A stretch of DNA of 64,000 bases from Rhynchopus sp. YZ270_cl-10 (Eukaryota): assembly GCA_964035575.1 (NCBI GenBank), contig OZ037846.1:1674001-1738000 (forward strand). Reading direction: 5' to 3'. Both the position numbers and the translations under genes were made by a program. The notes under the pieces were generated by a model. The model did no database searches and was not told the DNA's origin. It saw nothing but the letters and a program-made list of their open reading frames with translations. This document shows positions 23,821 to 34,609 of this stretch, one piece after another. The stretch's first letter is position 1; every line of letters starts with the position of its first letter.

Positions 23821-26800
23821 ATGGTATGGGTGTTGTGGCTGGTGCTGCTGTGCGGGCCTGCGAGGGTGGCGGCACAGGAGACAGATGCACGCGAACGGGA
23901 GGCTGACGCGCTTGGGATGGTCACGTTAGTTAAGTTGACGAGCGGAGCATCAGCAAATAGGTACAAACTGTGGGCACGCACATACTCGGGCAGTACGTGT
24001 GAGATAAAGGAGATATCCTCGCCGGGTGCAGGAACTCACGCAGCGGCAAAGGTATGCGGGTTCGACTCAGACAATGTGGAGTGCATCTACACGACGTGCT
24101 CGTCCTTTGCAGGTGCAGACGCGTGGGACATTAGCCAGGTACAGTTCCGCAATTCCATATGGATCAATTGGAAGACCTCAGCAGGGCTCGACGCATGCAC
24201 ACTTGGACAGACCGCAGCAGAGACCTGTGAATGGTGCAGAACGACACCTGCACCACCAACACCAGCACCCCCAACACCAGCTCCACCGACACCTGCACCC
24301 CCAACACCAGCTCCACCAACACCTGCACCACCGACACCTGCACCACCAACACCCGCACCTCCAACACCAGCTCCACCGACACCTGCACCGCCAACACCTG
24401 CACCACTGACACCTGCACCACCAACACCCGCACCTCCAACACCAGCTCCACCAACACCTGCACCACCGACACCTGCACCACCAACACCCGCACCTCCAAC
24501 ACCAGCTCCACCAACACCTGCACCACCGACACCTGCACCACCAACACCCGCACCTCCAACACCAGCTCCACCGACACCTGCACCGCCAACACCTGCACCA
24601 CCGACACCAGCTCCACCGACACCTGCACCTCCAACACCTGCACCACCAACACCCGCACCTCCAACACCAGCTCCACCGACACGTGCACCGCCAACACCAG
24701 CTCCACCAACACCTGCACCACTGACACCTGCACCACCGACACCAGCTCCACCGACACCTGCACCTCCAACACCTGCACCACCAACACCCGCACCGCCAAC
24801 ACCAGCTCCACCAACACCTGCACCACTGACACCAGCTCCACCGACACCTGCACCTCCGACACCAGCTCCACCGACACCTGCACCCCCAACACCCGCACCT
24901 CCAACACCAGCTCCACCGACACCTGCACCACCGACACCAGCTCCACCGACACCTGCACCAGTAACACCAGCTCCACCAACACCTGCACCACTGACACCAG
25001 CTCCACCGACACCTGCACCTCCGACACCTGCACCCCCAACACCCGCACCTCCAACACCAGCTCCACCGACACCTGCACCGCCAACACCAGCTCCACCAAC
25101 ACCTGCACCACCGACACCAGCTCCACCGACACCAGCACCTTTGTCACCAGCACCCCCAACACCTGCACCACCGACACCAGCACCTTTGTCACCAGCTCCA
25201 CCAACACCTGCACCACCGACACCAGCTCCACCGACACCTGCACCTTTGTCACCAGCACCCCCAACACCTGCACCACCGACACCTGCACCCCCAACAGCAG
25301 CACCGCCAACACCTGCACCAGTGACACCAGCTCCACCGACACCTGCACCTGCAACACCAGCACCTTTGTCACCAGCACCCCCAACACCAGCACCACCAAC
25401 ACCCGCACCTCCGACACGAGCACCTTTGTCACCAGCACCCCCAACACCTGCACCACTGACACCTGCACCTCCGACACCAGCTCCACCGACACCTGCACCG
25501 CTGACACCTGCACCTTTGTCACCATCGCCACCAACACCCGCACCAGTAACACCACCAACGCCAGCACCTTTGTCACCATTGACACAGACACCGCCTACAC
25601 CAGCTCCATTATCCTCATCCCCGCCAACACCGTCACCACTGACATCAGCAGCACTAACCCCGTCACCTTTGACAACCACGACACCGCCAAGTTCTCGTTT
25701 CACAACACCGGCACCGTCACCACCGCCGTCCACACCGTTCCTAACCGCTGCACCACGTGTTCGCGTCTCGCTGCCGCCCTCTGCACCTTGGACACGTGCA
25801 CCAGGTAGGACGCTGTCGCCGTCACTTCCTGCGCATGCAAGCGACACACCCGCCCTGGCTGCAGCTGAGACCGACACAAACGAGACTACACGAAGTGCGG
25901 GACTGAGTGATGCGATCGACAGCGCTGGCGCCGCCGCACTCCTGAGTGCGAGCGCAGCAGGCCTTGCAGGCAGCCTGCTGGTGACGACGCAGGAGTGCAA
26001 GATCTACGGCGACCGCAGCCACTACCCGCTTGCGCTGCACCCCACACAGATCAGCGTTGCAGGGTCCGAGGCGGCGGGGATGGTTGTCGGGAACCTGGGC
26101 ATCTTCTTTGCCTTCGTCGTACTGCACATTGCTGTCCTCCACGCTGTGCGCTTGGGGCAGCTCTGCGTGTGGAAGACGTTCTTCCCCGACCGCACGAAGC
26201 CCTTTGTACGCGACGTGCAAGGCTTTGTGCGCTTCCCTGGCGCACCTGCACTGCTCTTCTACGTCCTCTATCAAGGCACCTCCGTTGGTGCCTTGCAGCT
26301 GCTCTATGGTGGCGAGACTCGCCCGTTGTGGCTGCTTGGCCTTGCTGCCACGTTGCTGTGTATCGGCATCCCTTGCCTGATATGCTATCAAATGGTGACA
26401 GCACGGATACGTGCTGTTGTTGTGGTGGACACACAGACAGCCTCGCTGGGGTACTGCCAGAGGAAGGCCACGCACTTCATAGTAGGGCACAGCGAGTGGG
26501 TGTCGCAGTCGAAGCGCGAAACACACTGGACGCTGCGCTACTCGGCCGTGATCCGCCCCTACCGCCTTGGCTGCCTCTGGTACCACTTCCTGCAGTACGC
26601 ATCGATGTTCACGATCTCCTCCATCCAGGCCTTCACCCCCGTCACCTACACCGCCTGCGGGCACATCAAACTCGCGTCCTTCTGCGTCATCTTCATTATG
26701 CTTGGGGTTGTCTTGACCGCTAAGCCTTATGCACGCCCACGCGACCTTTTCGTCGACTTCTTTGTGTACACCACACAGTGCGTGGCGCTGATCTTCATGG

Positions 26801-27666
26801 CTGTGGGGTACTACAGGGAGAAGCCGCAGGATTTACTGTTCCAGGGTGCAACTGTACTGCTCCTCTTCAGCCTGGGATGTCTGATGCTGAAGGTGGCCTT
26901 GAGCCTTGTCTGCGAGGTGCTCGTGGTGTTGACGTGCAGACGCCACCGTTTGCAGCAGGAGTACCTCCGCAGCACCAAGGAGTACCCACACGACACAGAG
27001 CTGCCTGCTCCCTCGGAGGCCTCAGAGAGTGGGGTGGAGGAGGACAGCAACTCCGACGTTGGCTGTGACCTGTCTGGGTACAACTCGGCGTCGACGTTCT
27101 CTGGCGATGACGTGCTGCACCCTCTGCAGGCAGAGGGTGCAGAGGCTCTGCAGACCAGGGGTAGGGGCTTGAAAAGTAGGTACAAAAAACTGCGTTCGAC
27201 AGCGTCTGGGCTGCTGAAGGGAAGGGCGTACACCTCACAGCGTGCGTTCGATCCGTTGCTTCTGAATGCTGTGAACAGCAGCAGACCTGCGACGCCTCTG
27301 AGCCCTCTGCTCTCTGAGGTGTCCGATCTGTCTGAGTCCTTCGAGATGCGAACCCAGCTTGCGACCTCACCATCGCCCACACCACTGCCGTTTGGCGCAA
27401 CGTACTCTTCTCGGCCAAGCCTCGCGCAACGTACACGTAGTCATTCAGGCGTGCTCGCCACGCCCACCTCCTCAGCGGTGACGATGTGCACCGCGCCTTC
27501 CTCAATAGCCCGCGGCAGGCGTGGGTCGCTCTGCCACTCTGCGGGTCTGTCGCAGACGTACAGCGGGTTGAGGAGCGACAGGGGAGGGGGAGGAGGAGGA
27601 GGGAGCGGTGGCGCGTCCCCGATCCCGCCAAGACGGAGGTCCGCTGTGTCAGGGGTGGCGACCTGA
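23821..27666 (+). CDS. Surface receptor-like protein: signal peptide, Cys-containing head, very long TPAP stalk, 7-8 TM domain, Ser-rich tail
   Basis: ATG 23821 follows a pyrimidine tract and CGCAG. Signal [18 protein letters not shown]. Head resembles that of gene 4611 (N.YK..R.Y.G..C ... C.LG..AAE.CEW). Shared TM domain. Confidence 0.9.
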   Translation: MVWVLWLVLLCGPARVAAQETDAREREADALGMVTLVKLTSGASANRYKLWARTYSGSTCEIKEISSPGAGTHAAAKVCGFDSDNVECIYTTCSSFAGADAWDISQVQFRNSIWINWKTSAGLDACTLGQTAAETCEWCRTTPAPPTPAPPTPAPPTPAPPTPAPPTPAPPTPAPPTPAPPTPAPPTPAPPTPAPLTPAPPTPAPPTPAPPTPAPPTPAPPTPAPPTPAPPTPAPPTPAPPTPAPPTPAPPTPAPPTPAPPTPAPPTPAPPTPAPPTPAPPTPAPPTRAPPTPAPPTPAPLTPAPPTPAPPTPAPPTPAPPTPAPPTPAPPTPAPLTPAPPTPAPPTPAPPTPAPPTPAPPTPAPPTPAPPTPAPPTPAPVTPAPPTPAPLTPAPPTPAPPTPAPPTPAPPTPAPPTPAPPTPAPPTPAPPTPAPPTPAPLSPAPPTPAPPTPAPLSPAPPTPAPPTPAPPTPAPLSPAPPTPAPPTPAPPTAAPPTPAPVTPAPPTPAPATPAPLSPAPPTPAPPTPAPPTRAPLSPAPPTPAPLTPAPPTPAPPTPAPLTPAPLSPSPPTPAPVTPPTPAPLSPLTQTPPTPAPLSSSPPTPSPLTSAALTPSPLTTTTPPSSRFTTPAPSPPPSTPFLTAAPRVRVSLPPSAPWTRAPGRTLSPSLPAHASDTPALAAAETDTNETTRSAGLSDAIDSAGAAALLSASAAGLAGSLLVTTQECKIYGDRSHYPLALHPTQISVAGSEAAGMVVGNLGIFFAFVVLHIAVLHAVRLGQLCVWKTFFPDRTKPFVRDVQGFVRFPGAPALLFYVLYQGTSVGALQLLYGGETRPLWLLGLAATLLCIGIPCLICYQMVTARIRAVVVVDTQTASLGYCQRKATHFIVGHSEWVSQSKRETHWTLRYSAVIRPYRLGCLWYHFLQYASMFTISSIQAFTPVTYTACGHIKLASFCVIFIMLGVVLTAKPYARPRDLFVDFFVYTTQCVALIFMAVGYYREKPQDLLFQGATVLLLFSLGCLMLKVALSLVCEVLVVLTCRRHRLQQEYLRSTKEYPHDTELPAPSEASESGVEEDSNSDVGCDLSGYNSASTFSGDDVLHPLQAEGAEALQTRGRGLKSRYKKLRSTASGLLKGRAYTSQRAFDPLLLNAVNSSRPATPLSPLLSEVSDLSESFEMRTQLATSPSPTPLPFGATYSSRPSLAQRTRSHSGVLATPTSSAVTMCTAPSSIARGRRGSLCHSAGLSQTYSGLRSDRGGGGGGGSGGASPIPPRRRSAVSGVAT

Positions 27667-28056
27667 GAAGGGTGGGGGTGGGAAGATAGTAGGAAGCCGG
27701 AGGGGAGGGTCAAAGTGAATACTTTTTTTTTTGGGGGGGGGATAGTCAGGGATTTATATACGATTTTTTTCCTTACCAAAAGTGCAAAAAAAGTGAGGTT
27801 GCTATTCCTGAGGGGGCTGCAGGCACGGAGGGGCTTTTTTGAAGAAATGGACTTCAGATTGAAGTATCATCATTGTACTAGCCCAGGGGGCTTCACTGGC
27901 TAGGGCTCCAGCAGGTCCCACATGCACTATGCCTGACTCCAGCACGCAAGGTAGCATTCACAGCACCTTTCACCCCTTCAGGAGGAGTGCACAAAAGGGC
28001 ACCCGGATGCAATTTTTCACCCATATCAGGACTCATGACTCAATTTTTTTTGCGAA

Positions 28057-29256
28057 GGGAAGCCTCTTTTTTACTTTCAACGGATGTCATCCGGGGGGGG
28101 AGGGGGGGGGTCTCCGGGGGGGTGAGCGGACAAGTTTGGTAATTTGGCAACGGGGGGGTCTAGTACAAAACCGTGGTCACATGGATTTTATGAATTTTCT
28201 TCAAAAATTTTTTTTTCGAATTTTATTTATTTGGAAAGATCGGTTACGAAAACGTTCAATTCCGGGGTCGCACGATTTTTTTTATGCCTCTGTGGATGGT
28301 TAGGTGATTTTTGGCTGTGGTACCCCCTTTGGGAACGTTTCTACGCAGGTTTCTTAAGTTTCTACGCAGGTTTTCTTAAATTCCTTAAGAAAACCTCCTC
28401 TTTGGGTCGCAGCACAGTGGCGTCTCTAAGTTGGATTTCTTTTAAGAAGGTTTTCGATTTTTTTCCTTTGGATTTATTTTTTACGAATCTTTCAATTCCG
28501 ACCATTTTTTTTATTCAGGAACACACTCCACGGTACGCAACTTTTGGTGGAGCCGACCCCCCTTTATGCACTGAAATCCCTATACGTTACTGTATAAAGA
28601 CCCATGGAGCCTTTAAATTGACTTCACTGTACTGTGTACTGTGTACTGTGTACTGTGTACTGTGTACTGTGTACTGTGTACTGTGTACTGTGTACTGTGT
28701 ACTGTGTACTGTGTACTGTGTACTGTGTACTGTGTACTGTGTACTGTGTACTGTGTACTGTGTACTGTGTACTGTGTACTGTGTACTGTGTACTGTGTAC
28801 TGTGTACTGTGTACTGTGTACTGTGTACTGTGTACTGTGTACTGTGTACTGTGTACTGTGTACTGTGTACTGTGTACTGTGTACTGTGTACTGTGTACTG
28901 TGTACTGTGTACTGTGTACTGTGTACTGTGTACTGTGTACTGTGTACTGTGTACTGTGTACTGTGTACTGTGTACTGTGTACTGTGTACTGTGTACTGTG
29001 TACTGTGTACTGTGTACTGGAGCTTTAAATTAACTTCTACTCCACTAAAGTGGTCGATTTTTTTTGTGGTGAAAAGCGGGGAGCTCGGAAATCCACTTCC
29101 GCTGGTTTTCGAATTTTTTTACGTCTGTCCAAAAGCCGAAAACTTCAGGTTGCCAAATTTACAATCTTCTCCGGGGGGGGAGGGGGGGGGGACCCGGGGG
29201 GGGGTTTCTCAAAATCGGACGGATGACATCCGTTGAAAGTAAAAAAGAGGCTTCCC
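28057..29256. mobile_element. TIR element with 37-bp perfect TIRs and 3-bp TSD (PIF/Harbinger-like MITE) containing a TACTGTG array
   Basis: GGGAAGCCTCTTTTTTACTTTCAACGGATGTCATCCG at 28057-28093 and its reverse complement at 29220-29256, GAA on both flanks. Confidence 0.8.
28626..29019. repeat. (TACTGTG)n microsatellite, ~56 units
   Basis: Perfect tandem array. Confidence 0.98.
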
Positions 29257-32200
29257 GAAGCAAAAAAAAAATAATATAATATGGCGCCGCAGGCGAAAAA
29301 AAATTGGGGTACGGTGTAAAAATCTAGCCTTTTACACCACAGAGTCACTCAACGAACCCTTTTTTGCGGAGCAAAAAAGGAAAAATGGCGCCGCAGGCAA
29401 AAAAAATTTGGGTACAGCCTGTATGGTACGGGATTTCATGGTGCGGTCAGCAACCCAGTTCCCCAAAAAATGCAAAAAACTTTTTTCCCAAATCTGCAAA
29501 AGTTTTTTTTTTTTTTCTAAGTAAGAGAAAACCGAATGGAGTGGGAACGCTAGTGAGAGCGCAGCGGAAACGATAGTGGGAACGCAACGAGCTTTTTTCA
29601 TAATGTTTTATTCTTCCCCACAAAATATCACGCGCAGAGAAACACTCGTTTTTCACACAGCGCGTCCGTTTGTTTGTTTTTCTCAAACGACACCTTTTTT
29701 CAAAATTTTTTACCTCCAATTTTTCTCTCTGTCTATTTTTTCTCTAACTATGTCGAGCCCCGGTATCACATATGATACTGATTTCCATGGATACACATGA
29801 AAAGGAGTTCCGTGCTATTCACAGAACTCGATAGGCGATTGAGCTTATCTAACAACAACCAAAACAAAAGAAAGTACAAAGAAGAGAATAAAAAATACAG
29901 GAAAAATAGACAAAGAGAAAAACAAAGAGATTTTGACAAAGTGAACAATAAAAAAAACTGAGGTTCAGCCTCAGTTCTACTATGGTATATAAATCTCTGG
30001 GGATAGTTTTGTTTTCTGTGTGATGTGTGTTTTTTTTTCGTCGTAGGTATTGATCTTTACTTACAGAATGTGGCAAAGGTCGCGCCTAACAAAATAACCA
30101 GAGTGGAGTTGGCGTACCGCCCTATGCTTCTCATGCACTCAACCTTCTTGCAGCAAAAACTTCAATGTATTTTGTCCCAGCAACCCAGAGCGTGCCTTGC
30201 GTTCCTTTTTGTACAGGTAGTTCAGGGGGGTGTTTCTTTTGTCAAAAATAATTTTTTGTTGGCCCACGCAGCGCGCTTGTTTGATAATCAGTTGTGGGAA
30301 TTTCTGCACAGCATATCCGTCAAGTGATGTGTGATTGGGACAGCCTTTTGAGTTGCACATTCTTGTTCTCAGTTTCTGCCTTGTAGTCCAGCCTGATGTT
30401 TTGTCAACTACCATATTGGTGATGGCAATAGATCAGAGAGTGGTAAAAGCTTTGGTCTTGTCTTAACAACTTTTTTTTTACACAACATCTTTTAGTTGCC
30501 AGCACTAAAAAGATTGGAGACGGTCGCTTTGGGCAAACAAAACATAAAAAAACAGTGGAGCGCCTCTAGGGTGGCTACACTAACACAACCCAAGTTTTGT
30601 AATTTGTCTGTTTTGATTCACTTTGATTCACAAACAATAACACCAATTGCAGTTCATATACAAAACAAAGACCCGATATTGTTCATTCTGAAATGAATTT
30701 TTAACGAAAGTGTGAAAATAAGTGCACAGTATCATCTTACACAATTTTACCCCACGTTTTCTCACTCTTGTTTTTCTTTTCTTTGCATTTTTTCTTCTCC
30801 ACCTGTGCCCTCGGTTGACGTGAGTGGGCCACACTCACACTTTTTTTTTCACTTTTATTTCGTGTGAAAAATTCCGTCTCCCTCACCCTCACCTTACCCT
30901 GCATGGTAGCTATGTATTTTGTGTATTCTGGAATACGCTAAAGACACAGCCAACTATTAACGGTTACCCCCACCCTCCACAATACACTGCGGTAACATTT
31001 ACACCTGCAAGTCTATTCGTTGAAGATGTGCGAGCCTGTGAGAGGCACTGCCATCTTCTTAGGTATGTTTCGGTTCGGTTCTCTTTTTTTTTTTTTTGCT
31101 TTTATGATTACATGCAATGCTAAAAGGAAATTGAACACCGCTCCCTACTCCCATCCTTTTTTCCATTTTTCTAATCCGGGGCGGGTTGGAGTAGAGCCAC
31201 ACTTCACCGACAGGTCGAGGTGTGTGCGTTTCACCACAACCTCTCCCTTTTGTCTTTATTGTTTTTATTGCTTTATTGTTTTCGGGGGTGGGGGAAAAAC
31301 ATAAAAAGGAAAAGTAGGGTGCGGTTTCAATTTCTCGTCTTTGATTGAAAAGAAAACGCAATTAATTTTTTTATTTTACTTTAGTCCTGTTCTCTTTTGC
31401 TCTGCTGGGGCAGTGTGGGTCGCGCGTCTTGGCCTAGGACCAGTTCCCGGTTCCACTTAGCGCCTTTTTTTTCATCGATGAATCTAATCGATGGTGCACG
31501 AAGTTCCGGATTGGCACATTGACATGTTTATTTTCGAAGTTCCCTAGTTTCGAGTTCGAAACGTTTCTCCATGTATTGCACGGGAAACAATATGACAAAC
31601 AGGTGCAGGGTGGTTCCGTGCTTATCATAGAACCTGGCACCTTGTGTCTTCCAAAAACCAAAAGCGTTGTGTGTGTAGCTTTGAACACAAACAGTGTGGA
31701 CAGTCAGCCAACGGTGAAACCACAAGTAAACCACAAGTCATTTACTTCACAGTTGTGCAGGCATCCCGTCTCTCCGGTGTGCAACACACATATAACCCTC
31801 GCCTTTTGTGTTTCGTGGTTTTCTTTTGTGTTTTTCTATTTGTAGACTAACGTGCGGTTCATCCAACCAACACTTTCATTTTTGCTTCTTTCTCTGGATG
31901 TTATGGGAACATCCTTTTTGTGCTTTCTCTTCTTTCATTTGAAAGTATGTGAAACTAACTCTTTCACCTTTTCCTTTATGTACTAACACCCACCGGCTTC
32001 TGGGTTGTGTTGATGTTGTTAAACATACGTCCATCAAGCGTTCTACTGTTCTACGTGGTTGCATTCTTTTCGCAAACCCGCAGGTATAGCACAGTACAAA
32101 TAGCATTGTTTTGTGAAAGATGATGTACAGGCACATTTGGGCTCCTTGTGAAGAAAACAGTGCAATGCACTAACCTACCATTATCTTTATTGAATAATAA

Positions 32201-32903
32201 AAGCAAATGAAATGGAATGATTCATTGGAAGGCATCTCTCGTTTTCTTTGCAAAAGCTCTCTTAAGACGTTGTTCATTGCCTAGCTCTCTCTCTCTCTTT
32301 TCTTGAGCATTTCTGCTCACCTCTTGCAGGCCATATTGGTGATACAAAAAAAGACCTGACCCTTCGTTTTGAAAGGGACACAAAATAATTTTTTTTGTCT
32401 CAATGAGTCATCCACAGAATATTTTTTACGGTGCCTGCGTTACAACGCCACGAAGGTACTGCATTTTTCTTCGAAGAAACTGTTATTTCTCCTACCCTGT
32501 GTTTGTTGGCTGCGGTGACAATGTTCCCCATTTTACATGTTTTTTTTTTTTGCATGTTATGACGTTATGGATACTATCACACAACTGCCGTATCTTGTGT
32601 GATTGCCTTGCTTAACTTTCTCTTTGTTTCAGTATTGAGAATTCACCTTCAAAAAAATGTTTTTAGTCAGATGCCAACCACGAAATGGATGTAGGACCGA
32701 ATGGTTGGGGGGGGTCCACCCACGGTGCACCTGGTCATAAACCAAAAGGTAACAGCCTTGTATTTTAAGTCAAATTAGTTTCTGTTCGTTTCTGTTTCTT
32801 CCAGGAAAGTGCCCAAGCGAGGTGATACTTGCCACAGTAGGAGCACATTTACATTCATGCTGCATATTCTATATTTTTTTTTTTTGTGTTTTTGAAATAA
32901 TAT

Positions 32904-33009
32904 CACCTGATTTTTACCCCGCGTATAGCCGTGTAAAGGCCCGTATAGGCCAAACCCCACCCATTTTCCCCAGCCTTTACGCGCCTGTACGCGGGGTAAA
33001 CATCAGGTG
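32904..33009. repeat. ~106-bp imperfect palindrome (small foldback/MITE)
   Basis: CACCTGAT.TTTACCCCGCGTA ... TACGCGGGGTAAA.ATCAGGTG. Confidence 0.7.
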
Positions 33010-33764
33010 GTAATAGGGGAAGGTGGATAAAAATGCCCCTCGGGGCAGCGTACACGTTTCCATTACTACTTTTTTTTTTCAACTTCTCTTTCCTTCTCCG
33101 CTTGATACTATGGTAAGTACGTTGGGTTTGGTTCGCCTTATCAAATTTTTTGTTTTTCCCCGCTACAACCCCAGTACACACGGGCTATGTTCCGTACAAA
33201 TATTCACCCAATAACGGAGAGTAACGAAGACACGCCTTTTGTGGTGTCTTCGTAGCGTCCGCAGAGGGGTGTGTGTTAGTCACTATTCAAAAAAGATTCT
33301 GAAAAAGAAGATTTTCTTGTGACTCGCGTAATGCTGTCTGCCATAATCTCAAACGTTTTTGTTTTTAACCACTAGCGATTATGTTTTTGCTGGGGGGGGA
33401 AAATCATTTTTACACAAAAGGCTCACGATAGACTTTTAAAATTTTTATCAAAAGTACACATTGCATTGGTCACGTGTCAGCAGGGTAGCGTCCCTGTGTG
33501 ACTCTGAATGAAATTTCACACATAAACACAACAACATCTACACACACAAAAAAAACTCAGGAATCACACCATAGATCCTGTCGAATGCGAAATATAATTT
33601 GTCGATGCTTAAAAATACCTGCAAAGATCCCCTCTTTTTCCCCTATCCCCTTTTTTGCATCTGTACTCTTTTCCGAAACCTGGCGGGTCTGCTTTTGCTT
33701 CGTGTTCTTCTTGCGGTTCTTGCCTCGTACACACTCTTGTTACCCCTGCTGTTGCCGCATAGCC

Positions 33765-34220
33765 TCATTCATGTGGTGCCTCGATCATCGCCACCTCGCT
33801 CCGCTCCGGGCTTCTGGACGCCGCGCGAAGCCGGCGACCAGCCTCTTCACCCCCCAATTCTTTCGAGAAGATGTAGGCGGTACACAGGAGCCTGAGTGTG
33901 GATAGGTCCCCGTTCCGCCACACCAACGCCGCCGACTCCCTCTCTTCGATGCCGGGTGTGGTCAGGGCCGCAATGGCCGAGATTAGGGTGTCGCGAGTGA
34001 TCCGCGACACCCTGCCCGACACCCTAGCCGCTTCGTCCTCTAGGTCCCCTGCAAATGACGTGAGAACGTCGTAATAAATTCGCTGATGCTGGAGGCGCGG
34101 GTGTTCCAGGTTGACACCCGTTCCGCGCATTTGCTCACTGGGAGGATACCATTCGAAGCGGGTCCGGGGGCCAGCTGCCATGTGGTCCCGGAGTTCCGTG
34201 AGGCATACGGTGGAGGCCAT
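33765..34220 (-). CDS. Orphan 151-aa ORF downstream of a genomic spliced leader (putative retrogene or element-encoded protein)
   Basis: First ATG 75 nt after the SL. GC-rich open frame MASTVCLTELRD...IEAPHE, antisense to all neighbouring genes. Confidence 0.55.
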   Translation of the reverse strand: MASTVCLTELRDHMAAGPRTRFEWYPPSEQMRGTGVNLEHPRLQHQRIYYDVLTSFAGDLEDEAARVSGRVSRITRDTLISAIAALTTPGIEERESAALVWRNGDLSTLRLLCTAYIFSKELGGEEAGRRLRAASRSPERSEVAMIEAPHE

Positions 34221-34294
34221 ATTTGGGGAGGAGGGAAGAAGAAAAATAAATAAAAGCAATAAAGTAACGTGCAACCGTAGCCAACGTGTGAGAT

Positions 34295-34334
34295 CAATGA
34301 AGTACAGAAACTGTAGCTTTAGAAATCGTTGGTT
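34295..34334 (-). other. Complete spliced-leader (mini-exon) sequence AACCAACGATTTCTAAAGCTACAGTTTCTGTACTTCATTG, not followed by a GT donor
   Basis: Matches the kinetoplastid/diplonemid SL pattern AAC(T/C)AACG...ACAGTTTCTGTACT..ATTG (cf. T. brucei AACTAACGCTATTATTAGAACAGTTTCTGTACTATATTG). Confidence 0.88.
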
Positions 34335-34609
34335 CTTCGGTGCGAACCCACAGCCTGGGAACAACAAACCCCATAGTCAGTAATCAAAATACAGTCCCGC
34401 CTATAAATAATAGCGTTTTATTTTATAAAATCCTAATTAGTGACGTTCTAATTTATAAAGTCGTGAATTAATTTATTTTTCGGGGGCGAATACTAAACCC
34501 CTTTCTTCCTCTCTCACTACACCACACCACAGAATGTTTTCTCGAATCATAAGTTTCTTGCGCACAACGTCTCATTCGTCTTGACCACACCTCCGTACAC
34601 GGCTGTGCT

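Noticed and set aside
4904..26000. Long minus-strand Gly/Ala/Val ORFs and alternate-frame His/Gln or Thr/Cys ORFs
   Set aside because: Shadows of the TPAP-coding repeats in the real + strand genes.
34295..34334. Canonical SL RNA gene
   Set aside because: No GT donor after the exon, no tandem array, and it is followed by a UTR and an ORF.
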